Shown piece by piece: positions 28,258 to 38,855 of a DNA stretch of 64,000 bases. How positions within the stretch are numbered: the first letter of the stretch is position 1; each line of letters begins with the position of its first letter. A model generated the notes under the pieces. It saw only the letters and a list, made by a program, of their open reading frames with translations. It was not told the DNA's origin and made no database searches. The DNA is taken from the IMG/VR virus record IMGVR_UViG_3300021963_000021, positions 299,944-363,943 of that record; one strand, given 5' to 3'. The position numbers were made by a program, and so were the translations under genes.

Positions 28258-29436
28258 ATGATTAACAAAGAACCATTTCAGAGACTGATTGATCGGCTAA
28301 AAGCTGAAGGAAAATATAGGGTTTTTAACGACATCCTGCGAGAAGCCGGAGACTATCCTTACGCTATTTGGTACGGTCCCTACAACATTAAAAAGATCGT
28401 AAATTGGTGTAGCAACGACTATCTAGGCATGGGACAGCACAAAGTTGTTCTAGATGCCATGCACACTGCGTTAGATCAAACAGGAGCAGGATCGGGCGGC
28501 ACACGCAATATCGCAGGCACTAGCCACTATCACGTTGCTCTAGAGCACGAGCTTGCTACTTTACATAAAAAGAGCGGAGCACTGTTGTTCAGTTCTGCCT
28601 ACGTTGCCAACGAGTGGACATTGATCGCCTTGGCTAAAATCATTCCCGACATAGAGTTTGTTTCAGATTCTAAGAATCATGCTAGCCTCATAGAGGGTAT
28701 GCGCCATAGCCGGGCGCCTAAACACATCTTCCGACACAATGATCTAGCAGATCTCAAAGAGAAACTAGAAACCGTCAAGGGCAAGGCCTGTGTCGTACTA
28801 GAATCTGTTTACTCTATGGACGGGGATATATCTAAACTACCAGAGATCATCAAGCTGTGTAGATTATATGCCGCTATTATCTACGTAGATGAAGTACACG
28901 CTGTAGGACTCTACGGAGAGCAAGGAGGCGGCATCATAGAAAAGCTAGAACTTGAGAACGATGTCGACATCATCAACGGCACATTGGGCAAGGCCTACGG
29001 AGTACAGGGTGGCTACATCGCTGCTGACAAATTGATCATCGATGCTGTGCGCAGTATCGCCAGCGGATTTATCTTTACAACTTCTATGAGCCCGGTGACC
29101 TGTGCGGGTGCGCTGGCTGCTGTGAAATATCTAAAACAACACGAAGAACTGCGTGTCAAGCATCAAGAGCGAGCAGCTAAATTAAAGCAGTTATTCAAAG
29201 ACAATGGCATTCCTGTTATGGATTCTGAAACGCATATCGTGCCAGTTATGGTAGGCGATGCTTTCAAATGTAAGAAGATATCAGACGAGCTGTTGAACGA
29301 GCATAACATTTATGTACAGCCTATCAACTATCCCACAGTACCAGTGGGCACTGAACGATTAAGGTTCGCTCCTACACCTTATCACACAGATGCTATGATG
29401 GAAGATCTTGTAGCTAAACTAAAGACTCTGTTATAA
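28258..29436 (+). CDS. hemA: 5-aminolevulinate synthase (C4/Shemin pathway)
   Basis: YRVFNDI, WCSNDYLGM, GAGSGGTRNI, DEVHAVGLYG, GTLGKAYG (PLP Lys), VQPINYPTV. Confidence 0.93.
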   Translation: MINKEPFQRLIDRLKAEGKYRVFNDILREAGDYPYAIWYGPYNIKKIVNWCSNDYLGMGQHKVVLDAMHTALDQTGAGSGGTRNIAGTSHYHVALEHELATLHKKSGALLFSSAYVANEWTLIALAKIIPDIEFVSDSKNHASLIEGMRHSRAPKHIFRHNDLADLKEKLETVKGKACVVLESVYSMDGDISKLPEIIKLCRLYAAIIYVDEVHAVGLYGEQGGGIIEKLELENDVDIINGTLGKAYGVQGGYIAADKLIIDAVRSIASGFIFTTSMSPVTCAGALAAVKYLKQHEELRVKHQERAAKLKQLFKDNGIPVMDSETHIVPVMVGDAFKCKKISDELLNEHNIYVQPINYPTVPVGTERLRFAPTPYHTDAMMEDLVAKLKTLL

Positions 29437-30234
29437 TCCTGGAGCTCTGCTGTAGCAGATAGGATACCAAGACATGCGTTCTTGGAATATTTCTGCCGAG
29501 TCTATCAGTTCAAGGTCTTTAAAAACTTCTATAGATTTCTCGCAGAATTCTTCATCTAGGCTCACAGAAAGATTAGGTAACAGATGTGTCTTTAACCAAA
29601 GGTAGTGCTGCTCAGGACCTGGATGGTGATCCCAGATAGTCTTGCTTTGATCTCTGAGAATGCCTATCATTCCTAGCATAGGATTCAGTTGATATATCTT
29701 TAACTGTTTGCCTTTGTATCCTAGATCATCTGTAAACTTCTGTATAGGATACAGCCAGTCTTGAGTTATGCTGTCGTAGAATCGTAGGTCATCGAAGTGT
29801 TTGTATTCGTCTTTGATATCATAGTGACTGGTAACTATGAGCTTACAGCCTGTGTTCTTTAGCAGAGCCATAGCCATATTGATAAAGTTTAGGCTGTGTA
29901 AGCAATAGCTCTTTTCACGCCAACTTTCTGTTACAAACTTACTTTCCCAAGGATTGGTATGTATGTTGCCTGAACAACGCCAGCGTGTGTTAGGCATGAT
30001 ATCTTCTGCGTGTTGATCGTATCTGTGAAAGTTAGTCCACTGGACAATAACTGTGTCTGTTGAACTAATTTGCTTTGACAGCACACATTCTGAAATACGT
30101 TCAGCTATGGCTCGATTACCTGTGCCTCGTATAGCCCAATTTTCAAATTCGTTGTAGCTACGACCTATCATGTCAGCCCAAGTGGGCCAATTCCAATCAG
30201 TGTAGCTACAACCAAATGTAAAAAGTCTACTCAT
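29431..30234 (-). CDS. SGNH-hydrolase-like protein
   Basis: FGCSYT ... GTGN ... DHHP block motifs. Confidence 0.55.
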   Translation of the reverse strand: MSRLFTFGCSYTDWNWPTWADMIGRSYNEFENWAIRGTGNRAIAERISECVLSKQISSTDTVIVQWTNFHRYDQHAEDIMPNTRWRCSGNIHTNPWESKFVTESWREKSYCLHSLNFINMAMALLKNTGCKLIVTSHYDIKDEYKHFDDLRFYDSITQDWLYPIQKFTDDLGYKGKQLKIYQLNPMLGMIGILRDQSKTIWDHHPGPEQHYLWLKTHLLPNLSVSLDEEFCEKSIEVFKDLELIDSAEIFQERMSWYPICYSRAPGL

Positions 30235-30818
30235 GGACGTTTGTCAATGACTTGATCTACTAGACCGTAATCTAATGCTTCCTGAGCACTCATGAAATAG
30301 TCACGTTCCATGTCTGCGGCAAACTGATCATAGGTCTTGCCCTTGCTGTTATGTTTGACATAGATGTTGGTAAGGTTCTCTTTCATCTTCTGAATCTCAC
30401 GAGCTTGAATCTGGATGTCAGTGGCCTGTCCACGAGCGCCGCCACTGGGCTGATGAATCATATGTCGAGCATTGGGCAGCATAAAACGTTTGCCTGCTGC
30501 CCCTGCCTGTGCTAGCAGACTGCCCATACTACAGGCCTGGCCCATTACAAACGTAGCCACGTCACATTTGATAAACTGCATTGTATCATAGATGCTCATG
30601 CCTGCGGTAACTACACCGCCCGGACTGTTGATAAACAGTGAAATATCTTTGTCTGGGTTTTCACTTTCAAGGAACAGTAGTTGTGCCACAACCAAATTGG
30701 CCATGTGGTCTTCAACTTCTCCGTTGAGCATAACGATTCTCTCTTTGAGCAAACGGCTATAGATATCATAAGCACGTTCGCCACGTGAGCTGGACTCAAC
30801 TACCATTGGTACTAACAT
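30231..30818 (-). CDS. clpP: ATP-dependent Clp protease proteolytic subunit
   Basis: LVPMVVE, DIYSRLL, INSPGG, ACSMGS (Ser), MIHQP (His); start likely 30818. Confidence 0.96.
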   Translation of the reverse strand: MLVPMVVESSSRGERAYDIYSRLLKERIVMLNGEVEDHMANLVVAQLLFLESENPDKDISLFINSPGGVVTAGMSIYDTMQFIKCDVATFVMGQACSMGSLLAQAGAAGKRFMLPNARHMIHQPSGGARGQATDIQIQAREIQKMKENLTNIYVKHNSKGKTYDQFAADMERDYFMSAQEALDYGLVDQVIDKRP

Positions 30819-30969
30819 TGTTTTATTCTCCTTGGATGATTTAACATTTATAATAGCAGACTTGTCTTTGTAGGTCAAGTGTTATTATCTATGTCAAAAA
30901 CACTTGCTCGAAGGTTAAAATGACTGTACACTTGTTTAGTTAAATACTCGTATTAAGAACGGTAAAATC

Positions 30970-31485
30970 ATGTCAGATACACTATTACTAAACGCAGACG
31001 CTCAACCAGTGAGCCTATTGCCATTGAGCACAATCAATTGGCAGGATGCCATACGTTATCTCGTTCTAGACAAGGCACGAGTATTAGAGTGGCACGAAGA
31101 TTGGGTCGTTAGATCTGCTCGCTGGGAAACTCGTGTGCCTGCTGTTCTGATGTTAAAAGAATACTACAAAAAGAAAGGCGTTAGCCGTTTGAGCAAACGC
31201 AATGTATTCTTGCGAGACAACTACAAATGCCAGTACTGCGGCACAGATGTCAACGAGGATTCAGCTACACTAGATCATGTGCTGCCAATTTCTCTTGGCG
31301 GTAAAAGCACATGGCTGAACTTGTCTACAGCCTGTAAACCCTGTAACTATCGCAAGGCCAATCATACCAAAATGAAACCTGTGCGTTTGCCTTACAAGCC
31401 AGATTATTTTGAATTGGCTGAAAAACGCAGATCTCGCGGGTTCCATATCGGGCATCCAAGCTGGAAAGATTATCTAGGTAGTTAA
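30970..31485 (+). CDS. HNH endonuclease (McrA-like)
   Basis: CQYCG, TLDHVLP, ACKPCNYRK. Confidence 0.92.
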   Translation: MSDTLLLNADAQPVSLLPLSTINWQDAIRYLVLDKARVLEWHEDWVVRSARWETRVPAVLMLKEYYKKKGVSRLSKRNVFLRDNYKCQYCGTDVNEDSATLDHVLPISLGGKSTWLNLSTACKPCNYRKANHTKMKPVRLPYKPDYFELAEKRRSRGFHIGHPSWKDYLGS

Positions 31486-31530
31486 TCAAATCTCTTGACA
31501 TTAAATCTACTCATGCGTATAATTAAACGC

Positions 31531-32214
31531 ATGAGTACACAATTCCATTCTGCTTTACAGAGCATACTTGCGATGCCCTATTTTAAAAATGAACACGCCC
31601 GTTCTGGCGGAGCGGTGTTTGGTCACGAAGAAGCTGTGGCTGAAAAGATCAAGGCCGCAGGCTTTACAGAAGTAGATAAGAAACAATATCCTAAACTCAC
31701 AAAAGGTCTTCTTAAAAAATGGGCCAACAGCGGAAATGATGTTGATCTTAGGAAAGCCACAGAGGGATTGCCCGAAGGAACTTATATCTTACAGCCAGCT
31801 GGCACACAGGGATTTCCAGATGTGCTGGTCAAAGATTGGGGAGATCGTTTTGTCTCAGTAGAATGTAAGAGCGGCATGAATGGGTTATGCCCTATGTGGA
31901 ACGATAATATTCCTAAACCTAATTCCGTATATGTATTGAGTTCTGGCATACGTAATGAAACAACAGTGTTTATGGGCAAGGATGTTATTAGTCCAGAAGA
32001 ACAACAGCTAATGGACGAACAAGAAGCCGCTATCGCTAAATTGGTAAAAGAATACAACGATAAATTAAAGGCCATAGACAAGTTTAATCGTGGATGGATA
32101 CAGAAGAGTCGTAAGCAACATTTTCAAGGTGGCGGCAATCTAAAGACTAATTACTTTACTCACAGTTCTAGAACAGAATGTGAAAAGAATGCGTTAGAAT
32201 TTGCCCAGCAATGA
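31531..32214 (+). CDS. PD-(D/E)XK restriction-endonuclease-like protein
   Basis: QGFPDVLV...VECKS; own sigma70 promoter at 31496-31523; directly upstream of an MTase. Confidence 0.6.
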   Translation: MSTQFHSALQSILAMPYFKNEHARSGGAVFGHEEAVAEKIKAAGFTEVDKKQYPKLTKGLLKKWANSGNDVDLRKATEGLPEGTYILQPAGTQGFPDVLVKDWGDRFVSVECKSGMNGLCPMWNDNIPKPNSVYVLSSGIRNETTVFMGKDVISPEEQQLMDEQEAAIAKLVKEYNDKLKAIDKFNRGWIQKSRKQHFQGGGNLKTNYFTHSSRTECEKNALEFAQQ

Positions 32215-33170
32215 CCAAACCCTTAAAGCCAGTTAACCTACATCTCAGCTCTGTGACTATCACAGATGTAGAGAATCACAAGAACGTCACAACCAAAGAG
32301 CTACAGCGAGACCTCAAGAACCTAAACAAGTTTGATGCTCTCAGCAATGCCAACAACTTTGCTGGCAATCCATTCTTGTATCATTTCCAATTTAAAAATC
32401 TGTTGAAGTGTCGCAGGCAAGATGGCAAAACTATCTACGACATCTATAATGATTCCGCAGAGTGGGACAAGCTGATAGAGCAGACAAAGCTGCGTAATAG
32501 AGGCGGACGAACTGCTGCTGGCAATGTCTTTGAGTGCTTTCGTATCAACCTAGGCTCTGTTGTGATGTTCAAAGCAACCACAGCCAAATACCTATACAAA
32601 AAGTATAAGGCCAAAGCTGTGTTAGATCCCACAGCAGGGTGGGGTGGTCGTATGCTAGGTGCTTGGTCGTTGGGCATAGATTACACAGGCATTGATACTA
32701 ACGTTGAAATGATTCCTGCCTATGATGCTATGATGGCATTCTTAGATGCTGAACTAGAATCAGTCAATGGCATAGACAGCAATCTGTTTAGAATGGACAG
32801 AGACTTTGATCTAAAGATGATTTGGCAAAGTTGCTTAGATGTAGACTTTAGCCAAATCAACTATGACTTTGTATTAACTAGCCCTCCTTACATCAACTTA
32901 GAACTCTACGAACACATGGAGCCTTGGGAAACGGACAAGGCATTCTACGAACTGTTCTTCATTCCGCTTTGGCAAAAGTGCGTAGACAACATCCAAAAAG
33001 GTGGGCATGTAGCATTTAACATCTCGCCCAAAATGTATGCGGACGCACTCAAATACGGACTCACACCCTGCGACGAAGAAGAAGACCTATTACAACAAAT
33101 GGGTCAAAAAGTAGATGCTCTTAAAAAGGGCAAAAAGAAACAGGATAAGATCTACGTTTGGCATTGTTGA
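32211..33170 (+). CDS. amino-type DNA methyltransferase (m4C/m6A)
   Basis: VLDPTAGWGG (motif I), YTGID, TSPPY (motif IV). Confidence 0.88.
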   Translation: MTKPLKPVNLHLSSVTITDVENHKNVTTKELQRDLKNLNKFDALSNANNFAGNPFLYHFQFKNLLKCRRQDGKTIYDIYNDSAEWDKLIEQTKLRNRGGRTAAGNVFECFRINLGSVVMFKATTAKYLYKKYKAKAVLDPTAGWGGRMLGAWSLGIDYTGIDTNVEMIPAYDAMMAFLDAELESVNGIDSNLFRMDRDFDLKMIWQSCLDVDFSQINYDFVLTSPPYINLELYEHMEPWETDKAFYELFFIPLWQKCVDNIQKGGHVAFNISPKMYADALKYGLTPCDEEEDLLQQMGQKVDALKKGKKKQDKIYVWHC

Positions 33171-33269
33171 TCTTGACTTATAACTAAACCTTTAGTAAAC
33201 TGTAGTTACTTGTTAATCAAGTAATCACAGTCGTTTGTTAATCAAACGCATTAACTATAGGAAATTGTT

Positions 33270-34469
33270 ATGTATCATAAAAAGATAACCGATAAGTTCA
33301 GTACGGACTTGTTTGATGTTTTGGGTCCAAAAGAAAATCGTGTTCCTTGGAACTCACTTAGTCTCACAGAGCAAACAGCTCGAATCAATAGAATCCCCGA
33401 ATATGTTAATACTCGTTCGTTAGGTTCGCATCCAACGTTTGTAGACATGCTGATTTTCTGTTTTCAGAAATTAGTTAACATGGGAGATGAAAACCCGTTA
33501 AGGGGTATTGACCTACCTGAGTTTAGTTCACTCGGTGAAGCGGCAGAACAAATGAAAATGCCCGCTATGAACTACGATCCTACAAACTTACACGACATTG
33601 TAATTTTAGTTAAGAACGCTGCCAAGCAACGAGATATTTTCCTGCGTCACATCTTTGCTGATATTGTTTTCCGTTTCAATCCAGGACTTGTATTTCCAGG
33701 TATTGGCCGTATGAATTCAAAAGGTCAGTTATTTGTAAACGATGCTCAACATCGAACACTGGCATGTATGATTCTTGGCATTGAACAAGTGCCATTGAGC
33801 TTTATTCGTTCCGACGACGAGTATTGGGATGTTGCTCAATACGCTGCTATTAATATTCACAGTCTAAGTGCTAGCCCATTTGATCATTATCGTATTCGTG
33901 TACAACGAGCAAATGCCAGCGAAGAAGCAAATATGCCTGTAGAGAAAGAAGATATTATCTGTAGAGAAATGGATACACTGTTCAACGAACTTGAAGTTGT
34001 TGTAGTTGAAAAGAAAGACACAGTGGGCTCTAATTCTAAAGTGCTTACAGGCATTGGTAACATGGTCAAGTATCGTAAAGACTATTCTAAAGATGCCTTT
34101 GAGCGAGCAGTTACAATCAATGCTATTCTGTTTCCAACTTGTGTGTTTCAAACTGCTAATAGTTGGGGACTCATGGAGTTCTTAGAACATCAAGATAAGA
34201 AAGTAGACAAGAAAGAGTTTGATTACAAACTTCGTAATGCTTTACGCAAGGCTTGGCAAAAACCAAACCAAGGCAATCGTTTACACAAAGATATCAAAGA
34301 CTGTTACAAAGATCAAACAGACTCCGAAGCAAACAATAGTCGTGTCCCAGAGCCTGTGATCATCGCACACGGTATTTGGCAAGTGTGTAAAAAGTACGAG
34401 CCAGAAGGCAATTGGATTGAACCCCCGTGGCCTGCTAAAATGCAAAAGTTTACTATGGACTTGGTATGA
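33270..34469 (+). CDS. ParB/DndB-like DGQHR-domain protein
   Basis: FVNDAQHRTLA resembles the DGQHR motif. Confidence 0.55.
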   Translation: MYHKKITDKFSTDLFDVLGPKENRVPWNSLSLTEQTARINRIPEYVNTRSLGSHPTFVDMLIFCFQKLVNMGDENPLRGIDLPEFSSLGEAAEQMKMPAMNYDPTNLHDIVILVKNAAKQRDIFLRHIFADIVFRFNPGLVFPGIGRMNSKGQLFVNDAQHRTLACMILGIEQVPLSFIRSDDEYWDVAQYAAINIHSLSASPFDHYRIRVQRANASEEANMPVEKEDIICREMDTLFNELEVVVVEKKDTVGSNSKVLTGIGNMVKYRKDYSKDAFERAVTINAILFPTCVFQTANSWGLMEFLEHQDKKVDKKEFDYKLRNALRKAWQKPNQGNRLHKDIKDCYKDQTDSEANNSRVPEPVIIAHGIWQVCKKYEPEGNWIEPPWPAKMQKFTMDLV

Positions 34470-34942
34470 AGAACTGGACTATTGTAAACGAGTCTATCAA
34501 CGCTCGTGAACCATACACTAGTCCAGACGAGGGCACATACTATAATAGAGAACTGTTTAAACATTTTTGTAGGAACAGAGACTATAAGTATGTGGCTATA
34601 TTTGGTTACTATAAAATCAAATACAATTGGTCTGAAGAACAAGCTCAAAGCATGTATGACAAAAGTCCGGACGGATGGACGGATGGACTAGGTGTATATC
34701 GATTGTTTGACTGGGGCAAAGGCGAAAACAAACTTAAAATTGGTGATGATTGGGAATGGCACGAACCTCAGTTGGATCATATTATTCCTAGATCAAAAGG
34801 CGGGCAAGACACTCCTGAAAACTTTCAAGTGTTGCCTGCGATCATCAATAGGATTTTGAGTAACCTTACAGACGAGTCAGCACCCGCAGTGTTGCCTATT
34901 GTTTTAGCACAATTTTCAGCGGTTGACAATCTAGTAAAGTGA
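34466..34942 (+). CDS. HNH endonuclease domain protein
   Basis: QLDHIIPRSKGG...NFQVL...IN. Confidence 0.8.
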   Translation: MKNWTIVNESINAREPYTSPDEGTYYNRELFKHFCRNRDYKYVAIFGYYKIKYNWSEEQAQSMYDKSPDGWTDGLGVYRLFDWGKGENKLKIGDDWEWHEPQLDHIIPRSKGGQDTPENFQVLPAIINRILSNLTDESAPAVLPIVLAQFSAVDNLVK

Positions 34943-34982
34943 GCATATAATATACAAATAATAATAACAACAGGAGAAGTAA

Positions 34983-35156
34983 ATGGATACTATTTTGGTG
35001 CTATGGGCGTTAGCTTGGGGCAACAATGCCTACAACGAACTAACACAACCTCCTCCTGTTGTTAAAGTTGAAAAGCTAGAAGTGGATCCAAAATTGTATT
35101 ATCCAGATCTAGCAGAAGACATGTGGGACCCAAATTGGATTAATAAGAAAGGTTAA
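34983..35156 (+). CDS. 57 aa hypothetical protein (not in ORF track)
   Basis: Promoter TTGACA/TATAAT at 34922-34950, RBS AGGAG. Confidence 0.55.
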   Translation: MDTILVLWALAWGNNAYNELTQPPPVVKVEKLEVDPKLYYPDLAEDMWDPNWINKKG

Positions 35157-35157
35157 G

Positions 35158-36474
35158 ATGCGTACACAGCCCGAAAAGATCATACAGCAACTAGAAGCAG
35201 ACAACAGCCGTTTGGCCAAGGAAGCTATTTTAGAACAGGCAATGACCGAAGGGTTAGACGAGTTCTTTGAAGGGCTTCGAATGTGCTACGACACACTCTA
35301 TACCTTTGGAGTCAAGCAGGTTCCTATCAGCAAAGCCGACGGCCAAGGTCTGCCTTGGGATGCTTTCAAACAACTAGCAGAAGCATTGTATAAAAGAGAC
35401 CTCACAGGTCACGATGCTCGTGATGCTATTCAGTTAGCTATGGATGTTGCTACCAAAGAGCAATGGAACGATTTCTATCGACGCATCCTTATCAAAGACA
35501 TGCGAGCAGGCTTTAGCGAAAAAACAATTAACACCGTAGTTAAGAAAACAGGCAAAACTCAATACAAGGTTCCAGTGTTTGAGTGTATGCTCGCACACGA
35601 CGGAGCCAATCATGAAAAGAAAATTACGGGTGTTAAACTGCTCGAACCAAAGTTGGACGGAGTACGTTGTATCACAGTCGTCGATTACGAAAATAGAACA
35701 GTCGTTCAATACACACGCAATGGCAAAGTATTGGAGAACTTCGGTCACATTACTAGTGGCCTTCTTGAGCATATTGATGCTCTTGGTAGATCTTATGTAT
35801 TGGATGGTGAAGTAGTTTCTAACAGCTTCCAAGATCTAATGAAGCAGGTACATCGTAAGAGTGATGTACAGGCACAAGACGCACGACTGATGCTGTTTGA
35901 TATCATTCCATTAGTAGAGTTCAAACAGGGTGTCAGTGTCATGGGCCAACGTCGTCGTAGCAACTTCCTTAGGACATTTAAGGCTGTGTTTGACGAGATT
36001 GGTTCTATCGATATCATTCCGCAGAAAGAAGTCAATCTAGACGAATTTGTGGGAGATCTCGAATACAAAGAATACAACAAAGAAATGGTTAACGCAGGCT
36101 TCGAAGGGATCATGATCAAAGATCCTGAAGCCAAGTACGTGGCCAAAAGAGATACTGCTTGGCTGAAGCAGAAACCATTTATTGAAGTCAGCCTTACTGT
36201 TAAAGACATCGAAGAAGGCACAGGTCGTAACGAAGGACGCCTTGGTGCTTTAATATGCGAAGGAGAAGACGATGGAAAGTTTATTATGGTTAATGTTGGT
36301 AGTGGCTTCAGTGATGCCGATCGTGATTCTTTATATTCTAGCAAGGATCTCGTACTAGGACAGGTAGTAGAAGTACGTGCTGATGCTATCACACAGAATC
36401 AAGACGGTACCTACAGCCTGCGTTTTCCGAGATTCTTGAAGTTCCGTGGATTTACCAAAGGAGAAAAGATTTGA
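35158..36474 (+). CDS. lig: ATP-dependent DNA ligase
   Basis: EPKLDGVRC, LDGEV, EGIMIK, WLKQK, SLRFPRF. Confidence 0.96.
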   Translation: MRTQPEKIIQQLEADNSRLAKEAILEQAMTEGLDEFFEGLRMCYDTLYTFGVKQVPISKADGQGLPWDAFKQLAEALYKRDLTGHDARDAIQLAMDVATKEQWNDFYRRILIKDMRAGFSEKTINTVVKKTGKTQYKVPVFECMLAHDGANHEKKITGVKLLEPKLDGVRCITVVDYENRTVVQYTRNGKVLENFGHITSGLLEHIDALGRSYVLDGEVVSNSFQDLMKQVHRKSDVQAQDARLMLFDIIPLVEFKQGVSVMGQRRRSNFLRTFKAVFDEIGSIDIIPQKEVNLDEFVGDLEYKEYNKEMVNAGFEGIMIKDPEAKYVAKRDTAWLKQKPFIEVSLTVKDIEEGTGRNEGRLGALICEGEDDGKFIMVNVGSGFSDADRDSLYSSKDLVLGQVVEVRADAITQNQDGTYSLRFPRFLKFRGFTKGEKI

Positions 36475-36938
36475 AAGCACAGACACCTGCTGAAGGCATC
36501 CTAATACATAAAGATTATGGAGATGCCAAACAATACATTATCACGTGTGAATGTTGTGACGAAGGTCACAGCCATCATATTTGGGTAGAAGCCGAAGACG
36601 TTGGAGTTACTGTAACTACCTATGTAGATGTAAAGACCGACTATTGGTCAGAAAAAGTAGAACAGAGATATGATATCGACAATGAAATCTATCAGAACAT
36701 CCACTGGTATTTTGTTGGACTGTTTAATGATTGGCATCGTCGTTTTAAATTGATATGGCAGATACTGACTAAAGGTTATATCCAATATCAAGCTTCACTG
36801 ATCATGAGCCAACAGCAGGCTCTTAACTACGCCGAAACTCTTAAGAAAGCTGTAACTGATGTAGAAAAGTTTCGTGCCAGCAAAGATCCTAAAAACAAAG
36901 AAGCAGTCAAGGCCGCTCAGGAAGGAGATTGCGTATGA
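36471..36938 (+). CDS. hypothetical protein
   Basis: TTG start overlapping the ligase stop; CECCD motif. Confidence 0.65.
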   Translation: MKAQTPAEGILIHKDYGDAKQYIITCECCDEGHSHHIWVEAEDVGVTVTTYVDVKTDYWSEKVEQRYDIDNEIYQNIHWYFVGLFNDWHRRFKLIWQILTKGYIQYQASLIMSQQQALNYAETLKKAVTDVEKFRASKDPKNKEAVKAAQEGDCV

Positions 36939-37153
36939 ATTCTGTAGAGATGGCAAACGATTTAATCAATCGTGCTAAAAATCTTAAATTGTTTGAAGTG
37001 GAACGAGACATCAGCGATAGTAGTATTTTGTTTGATGGCCCGGTTCCGTTTGATCTACGTGCTAATCAAACAACTGCTTGGTTCAAAGTCTATGCTGTTA
37101 CTTTGGAAGAAGCAGAAGCACAAGTCGATAACTGGTTAAGCTGGAGGATATGA
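36935..37153 (+). CDS. hypothetical protein
   Basis: ATGA-coupled. Confidence 0.6.
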   Translation: MNSVEMANDLINRAKNLKLFEVERDISDSSILFDGPVPFDLRANQTTAWFKVYAVTLEEAEAQVDNWLSWRI

Positions 37154-37674
37154 TGTCTAGAGTATATAGGATCAAACCTTTACACAAGAAGAGTATCTGT
37201 TGGCACATAGAACTGTTCCGCGAAAACTCAGATGGATCTATCAGTTGGGTCAATATTGATGACCACTATCGTTGGGGGCAGGGCTTTGTCGAAGAAGACA
37301 TGTCCTGTAATCTGCCCTACGAAGGAGACACACAGGCAACTGCTCGTACAGATGTAGGTTGGGGAGCAGAACTAGATGACCAACACGCCTGCTGGTTTGA
37401 ATACAGCGAAGACTTTACTGACGAACAAAAAGAAGAGTTTGAATCATCCTATCACGATGGTAGTGCGGCATGGGTGTTCGACGGAGAACATGATTGGCAA
37501 ATTGAAGATGATTATCTAATCATTGATAGTCCTTTCCAGATAGATCTCTGCGATGAAGATGGCACAGTCATTGAAGAAAACGTAAAACTACGGACTCGTC
37601 CTGAACCTAGAACTAGCTGGCCGTTTAGCCCAGAAAATCCTGGTCCTGACAGCGAAGGTGGGGAGACAGACTAA
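37150..37674 (+). CDS. acidic hypothetical protein
   Basis: 174 aa. Confidence 0.65.
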   Translation: MMSRVYRIKPLHKKSICWHIELFRENSDGSISWVNIDDHYRWGQGFVEEDMSCNLPYEGDTQATARTDVGWGAELDDQHACWFEYSEDFTDEQKEEFESSYHDGSAAWVFDGEHDWQIEDDYLIIDSPFQIDLCDEDGTVIEENVKLRTRPEPRTSWPFSPENPGPDSEGGETD

Positions 37675-37862
37675 TGAGTGGACGAGGAATCATCTCACAA
37701 GAAGCAGAACAAGTCTGCGAACTCTGTGGCAAGATCGATGAGTGTAGACCTTACGGTGCTAATGATGAACAAATCTGTTTTGACTGTGCTACATCTACAC
37801 CAGAAGCAACTGCTATATCAGAAAAGAAAATGGCTGCTTATATCTTTGGAGAAACAGAATGA
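37674..37862 (+). CDS. small zinc-finger protein
   Basis: CELCG...ICFDC. Confidence 0.65.
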   Translation: MSGRGIISQEAEQVCELCGKIDECRPYGANDEQICFDCATSTPEATAISEKKMAAYIFGETE

Positions 37863-38035
37863 TAAGACTTTGGTTGGTATTTGCTATCCTTGCTGTTCTT
37901 ATTCACTTTGGCATTTCAACGTGGAGAAAGATGGAAGGCAAAGAGCGTCTGTCATTGACAAAATCCATTGCCTATAGTATAATTGTTTCATTGCTAGCGT
38001 TGCTGGTAATGACCACCCTTGTTATTTTATTTTAA
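37859..38035 (+). CDS. 58 aa two-TM membrane protein (not in ORF track)
   Basis: MIRLWLVFAILAVLIHFG...IIVSLLALLVMTTLVILF; precedes the SPFH gene. Confidence 0.6.
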   Translation: MIRLWLVFAILAVLIHFGISTWRKMEGKERLSLTKSIAYSIIVSLLALLVMTTLVILF

Positions 38036-38044
38036 GGAAACATA

Positions 38045-38854
38045 ATGAAGCGTATTTTCACCCTTTCTATTCTCGCCGCCGCTGTTTTGGCAACGGGTTG
38101 TACTCGTATCGAAACTGGTGAAGTTGGCCTCCGTGTTGGTTTTGACAAGCAGGTTAAGAACGAGGAATTGCTGCCTGGTTCGTTTAATCAAACAATCATC
38201 GGTGATGTTCTTACATTCCCTGTGAAAGAAGTTGCTGTCAAAGTCGATGACATTACTCCACAAGCCAGCGACAACTCGACAATGAAAGACTTTGATTTGA
38301 CTGTTATCTATAACATCAATCCAAGTCAAATCGCTGAGATTTATAATACAAAGAATAAGAGTTTCCACGCTAATCACAATGGTGACACTTATTTGATGTA
38401 CAACTACATTTTCAATGCCGCACGTAACGCAACCTATAAAGCTGCTCGTAAGTACGAAGCGTTGAATATGGGTGATAACCGTGCTACCATGGAAGCTGAT
38501 ATCAAAGATGGCGTTACCAAAACGCTAGCCGATGAAAAGCTAGACGGTACTATCACTGTTACGCAAGTATTAATTCGTAGCATTATTCCAGCAGACAGTG
38601 TTGTTGCCAGTGCTAACGAGTTAGTTCGTGCTAAGAACGAAACCAAGCAGAAAGAAGCAGAAGTTCGTACTGCTCAACTTGAAGCACAGCGTATCCAAGC
38701 ATTGGCACAAAACGCTGGTGCTATCCAATACATGGACGCACAGGCTCGCATGAAGCAGGCAGATGCTGCTCTTAAGGTTGCCGAAGCTATCGCTAATTTC
38801 AAAGGTCAAACTTTGGTAATCGGTGCTGGTGCTAACGTAAACGTTGGCAAGTAA
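38045..38854 (+). CDS. SPFH/band 7 (prohibitin-like) lipoprotein
   Basis: Lipobox LATGC, IETGEVG, coiled-coil AEVRTAQLEAQR. Confidence 0.88.
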   Translation: MKRIFTLSILAAAVLATGCTRIETGEVGLRVGFDKQVKNEELLPGSFNQTIIGDVLTFPVKEVAVKVDDITPQASDNSTMKDFDLTVIYNINPSQIAEIYNTKNKSFHANHNGDTYLMYNYIFNAARNATYKAARKYEALNMGDNRATMEADIKDGVTKTLADEKLDGTITVTQVLIRSIIPADSVVASANELVRAKNETKQKEAEVRTAQLEAQRIQALAQNAGAIQYMDAQARMKQADAALKVAEAIANFKGQTLVIGAGANVNVGK

Positions 38855-38855
38855 T

